A stretch of 64,000 bases of DNA from an uncultured Chloroflexia bacterium (GTDB taxonomy: Bacteria > Chloroflexota > Limnocylindria > Limnocylindrales > CSP1-4). The translations under genes and the position numbers were made by a program. The notes under the pieces were generated by a model, which did not search any database, was not told the DNA's origin, and was given only the letters and a program-made list of their open reading frames with translations. The DNA is taken from positions 826,801 to 890,800 of the forward strand of contig CAVTAW010000002.1 in NCBI GenBank assembly GCA_963732805.1, read 5' to 3'. Positions 42,518-53,280 of the stretch are shown here, piece by piece (position 1 is the stretch's first letter; every line of letters begins with the position of its first letter).

Positions 42518-43822
42518 ATGGCTGCCCCCCTGGTCGTGATGAAGTTCGGCGGTTCCTCGGTCGCGGACGCGGAGCGCATCCGGCGGGTCGCCCGGCGCAT
42601 CGTCAGGGAGCGCGCGAGCGGCTCGCGGCTCGTGGTCGTCGTATCGGCGATGGGCGATGCCACCGACGAGCTGCTGGCGCTGGCCGCCGCGATCACCGAC
42701 GAACCGGATCCGCGCGAGCTGGACGTCCTGCTGGCCACCGGGGAGCACCAGAGCGCCACGCTGATGTCCATGGCGCTCCAGTCGCTGGGCGTGGCGGCCA
42801 TCAGCCTGACGGGACCGCAGGCCGGGATCACCACGGACGGCCGCTACGGCAAGGCGCGGATCGCGGGCATCGATCCGCGGCGCGTGCGTGCGGAGCTGGC
42901 CGCCGGCAAGGTCGTCATCGTTGCCGGCTTCCAGGGGATGAGCGTCGCCCCGCTCGAGGCGCTCGATGCCAGCCCCACCGCCAGCGACGTCCACGCGGCC
43001 GAGATCACGACGCTCGGCCGGGGCGGCTCCGACACCACGGCGGTGGCGCTCGCGGCCCAGCTGAACGCCGACCGGTGCCAGATCTTCACGGACGTGAAGG
43101 GCATCTACACGGCCGATCCCCGGATCGTGCCGGACGCGCGGCAGCTGCCCGTGATCGGCTACGAGGAGATGATGGAGCTCGCCCACCAGGGCGCGCAGGT
43201 GATGCAGGTCCGGGCGGTCGAGCTCGGATGGGTCAATGACGTCGTCATCGAGGTCCTCAGCTCGTTCGAGGACGCGCCCGGGACGCAGATCAGGGAGGAC
43301 CCGCTCGTGGAGCAGCGGAACAAGGTCCGGGGGCTGGCCCACGACCGGAACGTCGCCAAGATCACGCTGGTCGAGGTGCCCGACAAGCCGGGCGTCGCGC
43401 GAAGCGTGTTCGGGCCGCTCGCGGACGCCGGCATCAACGTCGACATGATCGTCCAGAACGTGGGTCACGGCGGGGCAACCGACCTGTCGTTCACGATCCC
43501 GCGGGTGGAGCTTGCGAAGGCCAAGCGGCTGCTCGAGCCGCTGATCAGCGACCTCGGCTTCCGCGACATGACGACCGACAGCTCGGTGGCCAAGGTGTCC
43601 ATCGTGGGGGCCGGGATCCACAACGCGCCGGGCTACGCGGCGCGGATGTTCGGCACCCTCGCCGACGCCGGCATCAACATCGAGATGATCTCGACGTCGG
43701 AGATCCGGATCACGACGATCATCGCCGAGGATCGCGTCGAGGAGGCGGTGCGCGCCCTCCACGCCGCGTTCGAGCTGGAGCATCCCGAGAAGGTCGAGGC
43801 GGCCGGCGCCGTCGCGGGCTGA
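42518..43822 (+). CDS. lysC: Aspartate kinase (alpha subunit, two ACT domains)
   Basis: KFGGSSV, VSAMG, TLGRGGSDTTA, TDVKGIYTADP; TAGAAT at 42506-42511, 6 nt before the ATG. Confidence 0.96.
   Translation: MAAPLVVMKFGGSSVADAERIRRVARRIVRERASGSRLVVVVSAMGDATDELLALAAAITDEPDPRELDVLLATGEHQSATLMSMALQSLGVAAISLTGPQAGITTDGRYGKARIAGIDPRRVRAELAAGKVVIVAGFQGMSVAPLEALDASPTASDVHAAEITTLGRGGSDTTAVALAAQLNADRCQIFTDVKGIYTADPRIVPDARQLPVIGYEEMMELAHQGAQVMQVRAVELGWVNDVVIEVLSSFEDAPGTQIREDPLVEQRNKVRGLAHDRNVAKITLVEVPDKPGVARSVFGPLADAGINVDMIVQNVGHGGATDLSFTIPRVELAKAKRLLEPLISDLGFRDMTTDSSVAKVSIVGAGIHNAPGYAARMFGTLADAGINIEMISTSEIRITTIIAEDRVEEAVRALHAAFELEHPEKVEAAGAVAG
43307..43822 (+). CDS. Probable nested aspartate kinase beta subunit from an internal start
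   Basis: GGAGG at 43294-43298, then in-frame GTG 43307 (VEQ...) just before the ACT domains, as in alpha2beta2 aspartokinases. Confidence 0.6.
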   Translation: MEQRNKVRGLAHDRNVAKITLVEVPDKPGVARSVFGPLADAGINVDMIVQNVGHGGATDLSFTIPRVELAKAKRLLEPLISDLGFRDMTTDSSVAKVSIVGAGIHNAPGYAARMFGTLADAGINIEMISTSEIRITTIIAEDRVEEAVRALHAAFELEHPEKVEAAGAVAG

Positions 43823-43827
43823 CCGCA

Positions 43828-44766
43828 GTGACCGAGGTCGCGACGGCGGCCGTCCATCGGAAGGAGACGAGGGCCGCGTTCAGCCGCGTCGAGCACTTCC
43901 CCACGGTCGGCTCCACCAACGACGTCGTCCGGGCCTGGCTGGCCAACGGCGTTTCCGAGGTGTGCGTGGCGACAGCCGGCGAGCAGACAGCGGGACGCGG
44001 CCGGCTCGGACGCGCCTGGGTCGCGCCGCCTGGTGCGGCCCTCCTCGTGTCGCTGGGATTCCGTCCCACGTGGCTGGCGGCCGACCGGTCGTGGCGCCTG
44101 CCCGCGACGATCGCGCTGGCCATGTGCGACGCTGCCGAGGATGCGGCGGGCCTGCGGGTCGGCGCGATCCGCATGAAGTGGCCCAACGACCTGGTGATCG
44201 AGGTCTCCGGCCCCAACGCCCCGCTGACCGAGGCCATCGAACCGGGAGCAGCGCTCCGACGCCTGGCCGCGCCCGTGGAGCTGCGCAAGCTGGCGGGCGT
44301 CCTGGGCGAGACGATCGGACTGGGTACCCCGGATCCGCGCATCGTCGTGGGCATCGGGATCAACGCCGACTGGAGCGCGGCCACCTTCCCGGCCGAGCTG
44401 GCGGGCTCGATGGCCAGCCTTCGCGAGGCGTCGGCCGGGCGGCCGATCGACGTGGACGTCCTGCTCACGAGCTTTCTGGATCGCACCGAGGCCCGGCTCG
44501 CCGCGCTCCGGGCCGGGTTCTTCGACGTCGACACGTGGACCGGACGCCAGGTCACGACCGGCCGGCAGGTGATCCTCGGAGGGGTTGATGGCTCCCCCGG
44601 CGACGGACGACCGGTGACCGCGCTGGGCGTCGATGCCGCGACCGGCGCGCTGGTGGTCGAGGGCCCGGCCCGCGATCCGGCGGCAAGCGGCGACGCGGAG
44701 CCCGGCGAGCGCCTGGTGCACGCCGCAGAGGTCACGCGCGTCCGGCTGGCCGCAGGCGGGGTGTAA
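43828..44766 (+). CDS. birA: Biotin--protein ligase without N-terminal HTH
   Basis: STND, QTAGRGRLGRAW, KWPND, KLAGVL, GIGIN. Confidence 0.93.
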   Translation: MTEVATAAVHRKETRAAFSRVEHFPTVGSTNDVVRAWLANGVSEVCVATAGEQTAGRGRLGRAWVAPPGAALLVSLGFRPTWLAADRSWRLPATIALAMCDAAEDAAGLRVGAIRMKWPNDLVIEVSGPNAPLTEAIEPGAALRRLAAPVELRKLAGVLGETIGLGTPDPRIVVGIGINADWSAATFPAELAGSMASLREASAGRPIDVDVLLTSFLDRTEARLAALRAGFFDVDTWTGRQVTTGRQVILGGVDGSPGDGRPVTALGVDAATGALVVEGPARDPAASGDAEPGERLVHAAEVTRVRLAAGGV

Positions 44767-44770
44767 CGCG

Positions 44771-45409
44771 ATGGCCAGTCCGGTGTTTGGAAGGCACGAG
44801 CGACCGACGCGAGGAGGCGTCCTGCCGCTCGACCGCGACCGGCCGCTGGTTGAAGCGGCCCGGCGCGACCCCGCCCAGTTCGACGCCCTGTACCGGAAGT
44901 ACGTTGCCCAGGTGTACGCCTTCGCCCTGTACGAGCTCGCCGATCATCACGCTGCCGAGGACGCGACCGAGCGTGTGTTCATGCGCGCCCTTGCGGCGCT
45001 GCCCCGCTTCCGCGAGCTGGCACACCCGGAGGACGGCCGCGATGCATCGACGTTCAGGATCTGGCTGTTCCGGATCGCACGCAATGTCGTCGCCAACGAG
45101 CGCCGCGCGCGGCGGCGCCGGCCCGCGGCATCGCTCGACGCGGCGCTCGGTGCCGGCCTCGCCATCGCCGACCCTGCGGACCTGGAGGCCCAGACCGTGA
45201 TCCGGGACGAGGCCGCCGGCGCCCTGCGGGCGCTTGACCGGCTGCCGGACGATCGGCGCCGGGCGCTGCTGCTTCGGTTCGTGGACGAGATGAGCACGGC
45301 CGAGATCGCCGGCGTCCTCGGGCGTTCCGAAGGCGCCGTGCGGGTCCTGATCCACCGCGCCCTGGTCGCGGTGGCCGCGGAGCTCGGCCGGGACCGGGGC
45401 CGCCGGTGA
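44771..45409 (+). CDS. ECF-type RNA polymerase sigma factor
   Basis: AEDATERVF, FRIWLFRIARN (region 2); EIAGVLGRSEGAVRVLIHRA (region 4). Confidence 0.93.
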   Translation: MASPVFGRHERPTRGGVLPLDRDRPLVEAARRDPAQFDALYRKYVAQVYAFALYELADHHAAEDATERVFMRALAALPRFRELAHPEDGRDASTFRIWLFRIARNVVANERRARRRRPAASLDAALGAGLAIADPADLEAQTVIRDEAAGALRALDRLPDDRRRALLLRFVDEMSTAEIAGVLGRSEGAVRVLIHRALVAVAAELGRDRGRR

Positions 45410-46056
45410 CGGCCGGTCGCCTGCACGACCGTGATCGCGCCGACGTGGATGCCCTCGTCGCCGACCACTACCTCGAGGCGCTCCTCGCCAGCACCGAGCG
45501 CCGCGCCGGTGACGTCCCGACCGACGCCGCGCTGGAGCCGGCCCTGCGCGACGCCGCCCGCCTGCTGCAGCGATCGCTGGTCCGGGTCCACCCGTCGTTC
45601 CGGTTCGAGGAGCGGCTCGCGACGCGGCTGGCGGCCCTGGCGGCGGACCGACGGGCGGCACGGGCCGGGCGCCCGGTGGATGACCGCGGCGCGGTGGTCG
45701 CGTTTGCTGCCCCGGGCGGCATGCCAGGCGGCCGACACCGGGGCGACGCGCCGCTGGACCCCGGGCCGGACCCGTTGCTGCCGGCGATCCTCGACGGCAC
45801 GCTCGACCCGGCCGACGACGCCGTCCTCGAGGCAGATCCCCGCCTGGCGGGAGCCCGTCGCCCGCTGATCGTGGGCGGCGCGATCACGTCGGCGGCCATC
45901 TCGCTGGTCGGCGTGGCCTGGGTCGCCTGGCGCGCGGCCCGGCCGATCGACCGGAGCCCCCGGGCCGGGGCGATGACCCGCACCGTGCCGGGGGGTCATG
46001 GCCGCCGCCTGGCCGATGCGCCGATGACAGGCGGCGGCGTCGGAGGGACGGCCTGA
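45406..46056 (+). CDS. Single-pass membrane protein, candidate anti-sigma factor
   Basis: GTGA-coupled to the ECF gene; one TM segment (LIVGGAITSAAISLVGVAWVAW); stop overlaps the accD ATG. Confidence 0.65.
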   Translation: MTAGRLHDRDRADVDALVADHYLEALLASTERRAGDVPTDAALEPALRDAARLLQRSLVRVHPSFRFEERLATRLAALAADRRAARAGRPVDDRGAVVAFAAPGGMPGGRHRGDAPLDPGPDPLLPAILDGTLDPADDAVLEADPRLAGARRPLIVGGAITSAAISLVGVAWVAWRAARPIDRSPRAGAMTRTVPGGHGRRLADAPMTGGGVGGTA

Positions 46057-46907
46057 TGCCCATGAAGTTCCCGTCCTTCCGGCCTCGCCGCGAGGACTTC
46101 CCCGAGACGATGTGGACCCGATGCCCGTCGTGCGAGGAGCAGCTGTTCAACAAGCAGCTCGACAAGGCGATGCGCGTCTGCCCGTCGTGCGGTCACCACT
46201 TCCGGCTCTCCGCGCCCGCACGGCTGTCGCAGCTCCTCGACGACGGCGCATTCGAGGAGCGGGACGCCGGGCTGGTGTCCGAGGATCCCCTGGGCTTCGT
46301 GGACCAGAAGCCGTACCGGGATCGCCTCGCGGCCGCCCAGCTGGCAACGGGATTGCGGGATGCCGCCGTCTGGGGCTTCGGGCGGATCGAGGGCCAGCGG
46401 GTGGCGATCCTGGTCATGGACTTCGCCTTCATGGGCGGGTCGATGGGGGCGGTCGTGGGCGAGAAGGTGGCCCGGGCTGCCGAAGCGGCGCTTGCAGAGC
46501 GTGTGCCCCTGGTGGTCGTGTCGGCGTCGGGCGGTGCCCGGATGCAGGAGGGAACGCTTGCCCTGATGCAGCTGGCCAAGACGATGGCTGCGCTCGAACG
46601 CCTGCGAGCCGCACGCGTTCCCTACGTCTCGGTGATGTCGGATCCGACGACGGGAGGGGTGTTCGCCTCGTACGCGGCGATGGGCGATGTGAACCTCGCG
46701 GAGCCCAATGCCCTGATCGGCTTCGCCGGGGCGCGCGTGGGAGCCGGCACCATCGGGCAGGAGCTGCCGCCGGGCTTCCAACGCGCCGAGTTCCTGTATC
46801 GCCATGGCTTCGTGGATCGCATCGTCGAGCGCCCGGACCTGCGGCGCGAGCTGGCACAGGTCCTGCGGTTCCTCGTGCCGCAGCAGGCGGAGGCCGCTCG
46901 TGGTTGA
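46056..46907 (+). CDS. accD: Acetyl-CoA carboxylase carboxyltransferase beta subunit
   Basis: CPSC...CPSC zinc finger, FMGGSMG, SGGARMQEG, PTTGGV. Confidence 0.96.
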   Translation: MPMKFPSFRPRREDFPETMWTRCPSCEEQLFNKQLDKAMRVCPSCGHHFRLSAPARLSQLLDDGAFEERDAGLVSEDPLGFVDQKPYRDRLAAAQLATGLRDAAVWGFGRIEGQRVAILVMDFAFMGGSMGAVVGEKVARAAEAALAERVPLVVVSASGGARMQEGTLALMQLAKTMAALERLRAARVPYVSVMSDPTTGGVFASYAAMGDVNLAEPNALIGFAGARVGAGTIGQELPPGFQRAEFLYRHGFVDRIVERPDLRRELAQVLRFLVPQQAEAARG

Positions 46908-47931
46908 CCGCATCCTGAACCGGGGGCGCGACGGCGGCGAGGACCACGAGGGCCGCGACCAGTCCGACACGCCGCCGGCTGACCCCAAGGCGGCGGTCTG
47001 GGCCCGCGTCCAGCTTGCCCGCAACCTGCGCCGGCCGCGGACCCTGGAGCTCCTGGCCGGGATCGCCGACGAGTTCCTCGAGCTGCACGGCGACCGCCTG
47101 TTCGGTGACGACGAGGCCATGGTCGCCGGCTTCGCCCGGATCGAGGGTCGACGGGTGGCCGTCATCGGGCAGCAGAAGGGGGCCGACACCGAGGAGAACG
47201 TGCGACGCAACTTCGGCATGCCGCACCCGGAGGGGTACCGGAAGGCGATGCGGGTGATGGAGCTCGCCGAGCGATGCGGCCTGCCGGTGGTGACGTTCGT
47301 GGACGTGCCCGGCGCGCATCCAGGGCCCGAGTCCGAGGAGCGCGGGATCGCGGAGGCCATCGCCCGGTCCGTCGGCCTGATGACCCGCCTCCGGACGCCG
47401 ATCGTAACGGTGATCACCGGCGAGGGTGGCTCCGGTGGCGCCCTGGCGATCGCCGTGGGCGACGTCGTCCTCGCGCTGGAGAACGCGGTCTACTCGGTCA
47501 TCTCGCCCGAGGGCTGTGCCAGCATCCTGTGGCGGACCTCGGACGAGGCCGCGACCGCCGCCACGGCCATGAAGATGACCGCCGCCGACCAGCTGGACCT
47601 GGGCGTGGTGGACGAGGTGATCCCTGAACCGGCCGATGGGGCGCAGGCCGATCCGGGCGAGACGGCGAGGCGGCTCAAGGTCGCCATCGTCCGCGAGCTG
47701 GACCGCCTGACGGCCATCCCGCTCGATCGACTGGTCGACGAGCGCTATCGCCGGTACCGTTCGCTCGGCGCCTATGCCGAGCTGGAGGGCCCGGCGGCCA
47801 CGCCGACCATCCCGCCCCGGCCGGGGCTGGCCGACCGCCTGCGCAGCCTGATCGAGGCTGGCCAGCGGGCCATCCCCGCGCCACTCCCGGTGGGCCGCCG
47901 CGACGAGCCCCCCGCCCGCGAGGACGTCTAG
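46900..47931 (+). CDS. accA: Acetyl-CoA carboxylase carboxyltransferase alpha subunit
   Basis: ELHGDR, NFGMPHPEGYRKA, GEGGSGGALA, SVISPEGCASILW. Confidence 0.96.
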   Translation: MVDRILNRGRDGGEDHEGRDQSDTPPADPKAAVWARVQLARNLRRPRTLELLAGIADEFLELHGDRLFGDDEAMVAGFARIEGRRVAVIGQQKGADTEENVRRNFGMPHPEGYRKAMRVMELAERCGLPVVTFVDVPGAHPGPESEERGIAEAIARSVGLMTRLRTPIVTVITGEGGSGGALAIAVGDVVLALENAVYSVISPEGCASILWRTSDEAATAATAMKMTAADQLDLGVVDEVIPEPADGAQADPGETARRLKVAIVRELDRLTAIPLDRLVDERYRRYRSLGAYAELEGPAATPTIPPRPGLADRLRSLIEAGQRAIPAPLPVGRRDEPPAREDV

Positions 47932-47934
47932 TCG

Positions 47935-48573
47935 ATGCCCGAAGCCAAGCACCCCGGGAACCGCACCCCGGCCCAGCGCCAGACCGATCACGCGAGCCTC
48001 GCCCGCCTGTCCGAGACGCTCGTGCCGGCCCTGGTGCAGAAGCTGTCCGGCAGCGGGCTGGGCGAGCTCGAGGTCCAGGAGGGCGAGTGGCGCATCCGGC
48101 TTCGACGCCCACTGGCGCCCGCGGCGCCGGCGGCTCGGCGCGTGGAGCGACCGCGGCTGCCGCTCCACGCGGACCGGGACGGTCGCGGCGGGCGCGACGC
48201 AGGGCACTCGTCGGCCGGCGGATCTGCCGCCGCCGGCACCGGCGGGCCCGGGTTCGAGGCCGTCCGCGGACGAGGCGCCGAGGCCCTCCCGGAGCGCGTG
48301 ATCGCGACATCGCCGGCGGTCGGGATCTTCCACGTCGGCCCGGCAGTGGGCACGAAGGTCCGTGCCGGCGATGCAGTGGGAACGGTGGACCTGCTGGGCA
48401 TCCCGCAGGACATCCCATCCCCGGTCGACGGAACGCTCGCCGAGGTGTTCGCGGCGCCCGACGAGGCGGTCGAATACGGCGAGGAGATCGCGGCGATCGA
48501 GCCCGACCTGGTCGATCCGCCCGCTCCGTCGCCCGTGGACGGCGGGGGCGCCGACACCCCCGAGGGCGGGTGA
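47935..48573 (+). CDS. AccB/BCCP paralogue lacking the biotin-accepting lysine (BADC-like)
   Basis: AccB-type N-terminus (SGLGELEVQEGEWRIRLRR) and biotinyl domain (SPAVGIF...SPVDG...VEYGE), but EAMK is replaced by DLLG. Confidence 0.85.
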   Translation: MPEAKHPGNRTPAQRQTDHASLARLSETLVPALVQKLSGSGLGELEVQEGEWRIRLRRPLAPAAPAARRVERPRLPLHADRDGRGGRDAGHSSAGGSAAAGTGGPGFEAVRGRGAEALPERVIATSPAVGIFHVGPAVGTKVRAGDAVGTVDLLGIPQDIPSPVDGTLAEVFAAPDEAVEYGEEIAAIEPDLVDPPAPSPVDGGGADTPEGG

Positions 48574-48575
48574 CG

Positions 48576-49946
<1,371 letters not shown>

Positions 49947-50070
49947 CCGGCCTGCGTCGCCCGCCTCGCCGCCCGATCGTTGACACCCTCGCGTGCACCC
50001 CTGCAACCAACGCCCGCTTCGGCCCGGTCGCGGCGCGTGACACTCGACCCCATCCCGCCTGGAGCTGCCC

Positions 50071-50574
50071 GTGACCGACGCCAATCCCACCGCGCCCGCC
50101 GACCCGACCGCTGTGCCCACGCCGGGCACCGTGCATACCGTGCGCGAGATCGAAGGCCTGATCCCGCACCGCTGGCCGTTCCTGCTCGTGGACCGGATCG
50201 TGGAGTACGACCCGGACGCCAGGCGGATCGTGGCCATCAAGGCCGTCACCGCCACCGAGTGGTTCTTCCAGGGCCACTTTCCCGGCATGCCGGTCATGCC
50301 GGGCGTGCTCCAGGTGGAGGCGCTCGCACAGACGATGGCCGTGTACGTGGCGAAGCAGCCGGGCTTCGGCGATCGCATCGGCCTGTTCGCGGGGATCGAC
50401 GAGGTCCGCTTCAAGCGCGTCGTCGTGCCCGGCGACACGCTGCGCCTCGAGGTCACGATGGAGAAGCTGGGCAGCCGCTTCGGCAAGGGACGGGGCGTGG
50501 CCAGCGTCGCCGGCGAGGTCGCCTGCGAGGGCCTGCTGAGCTTCATCATCCCGCCGGCAGGGGTGCTCCGGTGA
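50071..50574 (+). CDS. fabZ: 3-hydroxyacyl-ACP dehydratase
   Basis: IPHRWPFLLVDRI, FFQGHFP, MPGVLQVEALAQ. Confidence 0.95.
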   Translation: MTDANPTAPADPTAVPTPGTVHTVREIEGLIPHRWPFLLVDRIVEYDPDARRIVAIKAVTATEWFFQGHFPGMPVMPGVLQVEALAQTMAVYVAKQPGFGDRIGLFAGIDEVRFKRVVVPGDTLRLEVTMEKLGSRFGKGRGVASVAGEVACEGLLSFIIPPAGVLR

Positions 50575-51317
50575 CCCGCCTCGCGGTCCTGTCCGACGTT
50601 CACGGCAACCTCGCCGCGCTCGAGGCCACCCTGGCCGCGATCCGGGCCGAGAAGCCGGACGCGATCATGGTCGCGGGTGACCTGGTCCTCAACGGGCCCG
50701 ATCCCGCCGGCGTGATCGAGGCGGTCCGTTCGCTGGAGGCGGACGGGGCGTACATCGTCTCGGGCAACACCGACGTCGCCGTCGCCGACTTCGATTACGG
50801 CGCGGCCTTCCCGTGGTACGAGGACGGCGTCCCGGACACCATCCGGATCGCCGCCGAGTGGGCCCACGACGAGCTGTCCGACGCGCAGCTGGACTGGCTT
50901 CGGCGACTGCCCGCGGAGCGGCGGCTGCGAGCGGAGGACGACACCCTCGTGCTCGTCGTCCACGCGTCGCCCGGGTCCCAGACGCGCGGCTTCGACCAGG
51001 CGCTCGATGCCAGCGTCATCCTGGAGCGCGTCACGGCGACCGATGCCCGGGTCATCTGCGTCGGTCACACCCACGTCCCCGAGGTGCGTGACCTGGGCTG
51101 GAAGGTCATCGTCAACGATGGCAGCGCCGGCTACGTGTTCGACGGCGACCCGACCGCGTCCTGGGCCCTGGTGACCATCGACGAGGGCGAGGTGCTCGCG
51201 GAGATCCGGCGCACGACGTTCGATGCGCTCGCCGTCGCCAGCGCCATCTCGGCCCGCGGCCTGCCGGGCGACGTCTACCGCGCCGCGACCGTTCGCACGG
51301 GGAAGCTGGTGCGATGA
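50571..51317 (+). CDS. Calcineurin-like metallophosphoesterase
   Basis: SDVHGN, GDLV, GNTD, HASP, GHTH; overlaps both fabZ and fabF. Confidence 0.9.
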   Translation: MTRLAVLSDVHGNLAALEATLAAIRAEKPDAIMVAGDLVLNGPDPAGVIEAVRSLEADGAYIVSGNTDVAVADFDYGAAFPWYEDGVPDTIRIAAEWAHDELSDAQLDWLRRLPAERRLRAEDDTLVLVVHASPGSQTRGFDQALDASVILERVTATDARVICVGHTHVPEVRDLGWKVIVNDGSAGYVFDGDPTASWALVTIDEGEVLAEIRRTTFDALAVASAISARGLPGDVYRAATVRTGKLVR

Positions 51318-52585
51318 GCTGGGCCTGGCCGGCGCGGCCTCGTCGCGTGGTCGTCACCGGGATGGGGGCGATCACCGCGGTCGGCAACGACGTGCCATCC
51401 ACCTGGGACGGGCTGCTGGCGGGGCGGTCCGGCGTGACCACGGTGACCTCGTTCGACCCGTCGCGGCTCGGGGTCCGCATCGCCGCGGAGGTCAAGGACT
51501 TCGACCCGTCGGACATCCTGGACCGGAAGGAGATCCGCCGGACCGACCGCTACATCCAGTTCGCCCTCGTCTGCTCGCGCCAGGCGCTGGACCAGGCCGG
51601 GCTGCCCGGTCGGTTGGATCCCTCGCTGGCCGAGCGCAGCGGCGTCATCGTCGGCTCGGGCCTGGGTGGCGTGTCCACGCTGTTCGACAATGTGCTCCTG
51701 ATGGGCGAGCGCGGCCCGGACCGCATCTCGCCGTTCTTCATCCCGATGGGCATCGCGAACGTGGGCGCCGGCCAGGTGGCGATCGCATGCGGTGCGCTCG
51801 GGCCCAACTTCGCGACAGTCTCGGCCTGTGCCACGGGCGGTCACGCCCTGGGCGAGGCGTGGGAGACGATCCGCCGGGGCGACGCGGACCTCATGATCGC
51901 TGGCGGCGTCGAGGCCGGCATCCACGAGGCGACACTGGGCGGGTTCGGGACGATGAAGGCCCTGTCCACGCGCAACGACGATCCGCCCGCGGCGTCGCGA
52001 CCGTTCGACCGTGCCCGCGACGGGTTCGTGGTCGGCGAGGGCGGAGCCGCGCTCGTGCTGGAGGCGCTGGACCATGCCGAGGCGCGCGGGGCGCACCCGC
52101 TCGCGGAGCTCGTGGGCTACGGGGCCACGGCCGACGCATGGCACATCACGCTCCCGGCCCCGGGCGGGATCGGCGCGGTCCGCGCGGCACGCCGCGCGCT
52201 GGACAAGGCCGGTCTTGATCCGGGCGAGATCGACCACGTGAACGCCCACGCGACCTCGACGCCGGAAGGCGACAAGGCCGAGCTGCAGGCGATCCGGACG
52301 GTGTTCGGCGACCATGCGCCACGGGTCGCGGTCACCGCCAACAAGTCGATGCTGGGCCACACGCTGGGCGCAGCCGGCGCAATCGAGGCCGTGGCGACGG
52401 TGCTCGCGTTGCGGGACGGCCGGGTGCCGCCCACAATCAACCTGGACGATCCCGACGAGCACGCCGCCGGTCTCGACCTGACCCCCAACGTGGCGACCAG
52501 CCGCCCGATGCGCGCGGCCGTGTCCAACTCGTTCGGGTTCGGGGGCCAGAACACGGCGCTCGCGTTCGTGCGGTGGGACGGATGA
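51314..52585 (+). CDS. fabF: Beta-ketoacyl-ACP synthase II
   Basis: SACATG, NAHATST, LGHTLGAAG, SNSFGFGG. Confidence 0.96.
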   Translation: MSWAWPARPRRVVVTGMGAITAVGNDVPSTWDGLLAGRSGVTTVTSFDPSRLGVRIAAEVKDFDPSDILDRKEIRRTDRYIQFALVCSRQALDQAGLPGRLDPSLAERSGVIVGSGLGGVSTLFDNVLLMGERGPDRISPFFIPMGIANVGAGQVAIACGALGPNFATVSACATGGHALGEAWETIRRGDADLMIAGGVEAGIHEATLGGFGTMKALSTRNDDPPAASRPFDRARDGFVVGEGGAALVLEALDHAEARGAHPLAELVGYGATADAWHITLPAPGGIGAVRAARRALDKAGLDPGEIDHVNAHATSTPEGDKAELQAIRTVFGDHAPRVAVTANKSMLGHTLGAAGAIEAVATVLALRDGRVPPTINLDDPDEHAAGLDLTPNVATSRPMRAAVSNSFGFGGQNTALAFVRWDG

Positions 52586-52620
52586 GCAGCAAGCGCGAGC
52601 CGGCCCCGAAGGAGGACGCG

Positions 52621-53280
52621 ATGGCCGAGACAGGTCTCGAGGGCGAGCGCGAGCTGGCCCGACGGGTGGCGGTCGGTCCGGGTGGAATCGGTGAGCCCGG
52701 CGTCGCCACGTCAGGGGGTGAGGACACGCCGGCGGCCGATGTCGCACCGGAGCCCGACGACGGCGCGGCCGATGCACCGGTGCCCGCCGTCTCGCTCACG
52801 CGTGCCGACGCCTCGCTGCTTGCCCTGGTGGACCGGCTGACCTCGGTGCTGGAGCGAAGCGACCTGGGCGAGCTCGAGGTCGCCGCCGGCGGTACCACGA
52901 TCGTCCTTCGCGCCCCGGCGGCGATCGGCCAGGTGACCGCTTCCGCTGGAGCGGGGGCCGAGCCCGCCATGCCCGACGTGGCCCCGGGACCGACGGCTGC
53001 CGCGCCGCCGGCGGGGGCCGGCGCGGCGGCCCAGGAGGCCCGGCCGGCGGTGCGCGCTCCGCTCACCGGCATCTACTACGGAGCGCCCTCACCCGGAGCG
53101 ACGCCCTACGTCGCGGTCGGAGACCACGTCGCCGTCGGCCAGATCATCGGGCTGATCGAGGCGATGAAGCTGTTCAACGAGATCAAGAGCGACCTCGCCG
53201 GCCGCGTGGTTCGCGTGTGTGTCGAGAACGGCGCGCTGGTCAAGACCAAGCAGGCCCTGATCGAGGTGGAGCCCGCATGA
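52621..53280 (+). CDS. accB: Biotin carboxyl carrier protein (canonical)
   Basis: IEAMKLFNEI at 53155-53184; thumb loop APSPGA; AAGGAGG before ATG 52621 (alternative start 52582). Confidence 0.92.
   Translation: MAETGLEGERELARRVAVGPGGIGEPGVATSGGEDTPAADVAPEPDDGAADAPVPAVSLTRADASLLALVDRLTSVLERSDLGELEVAAGGTTIVLRAPAAIGQVTASAGAGAEPAMPDVAPGPTAAAPPAGAGAAAQEARPAVRAPLTGIYYGAPSPGATPYVAVGDHVAVGQIIGLIEAMKLFNEIKSDLAGRVVRVCVENGALVKTKQALIEVEPA

Noticed and set aside
49980-50010. Sigma70 promoter from TTGACA before fabZ
   Set aside because: No acceptable -10 hexamer at 16-18 bp spacing.
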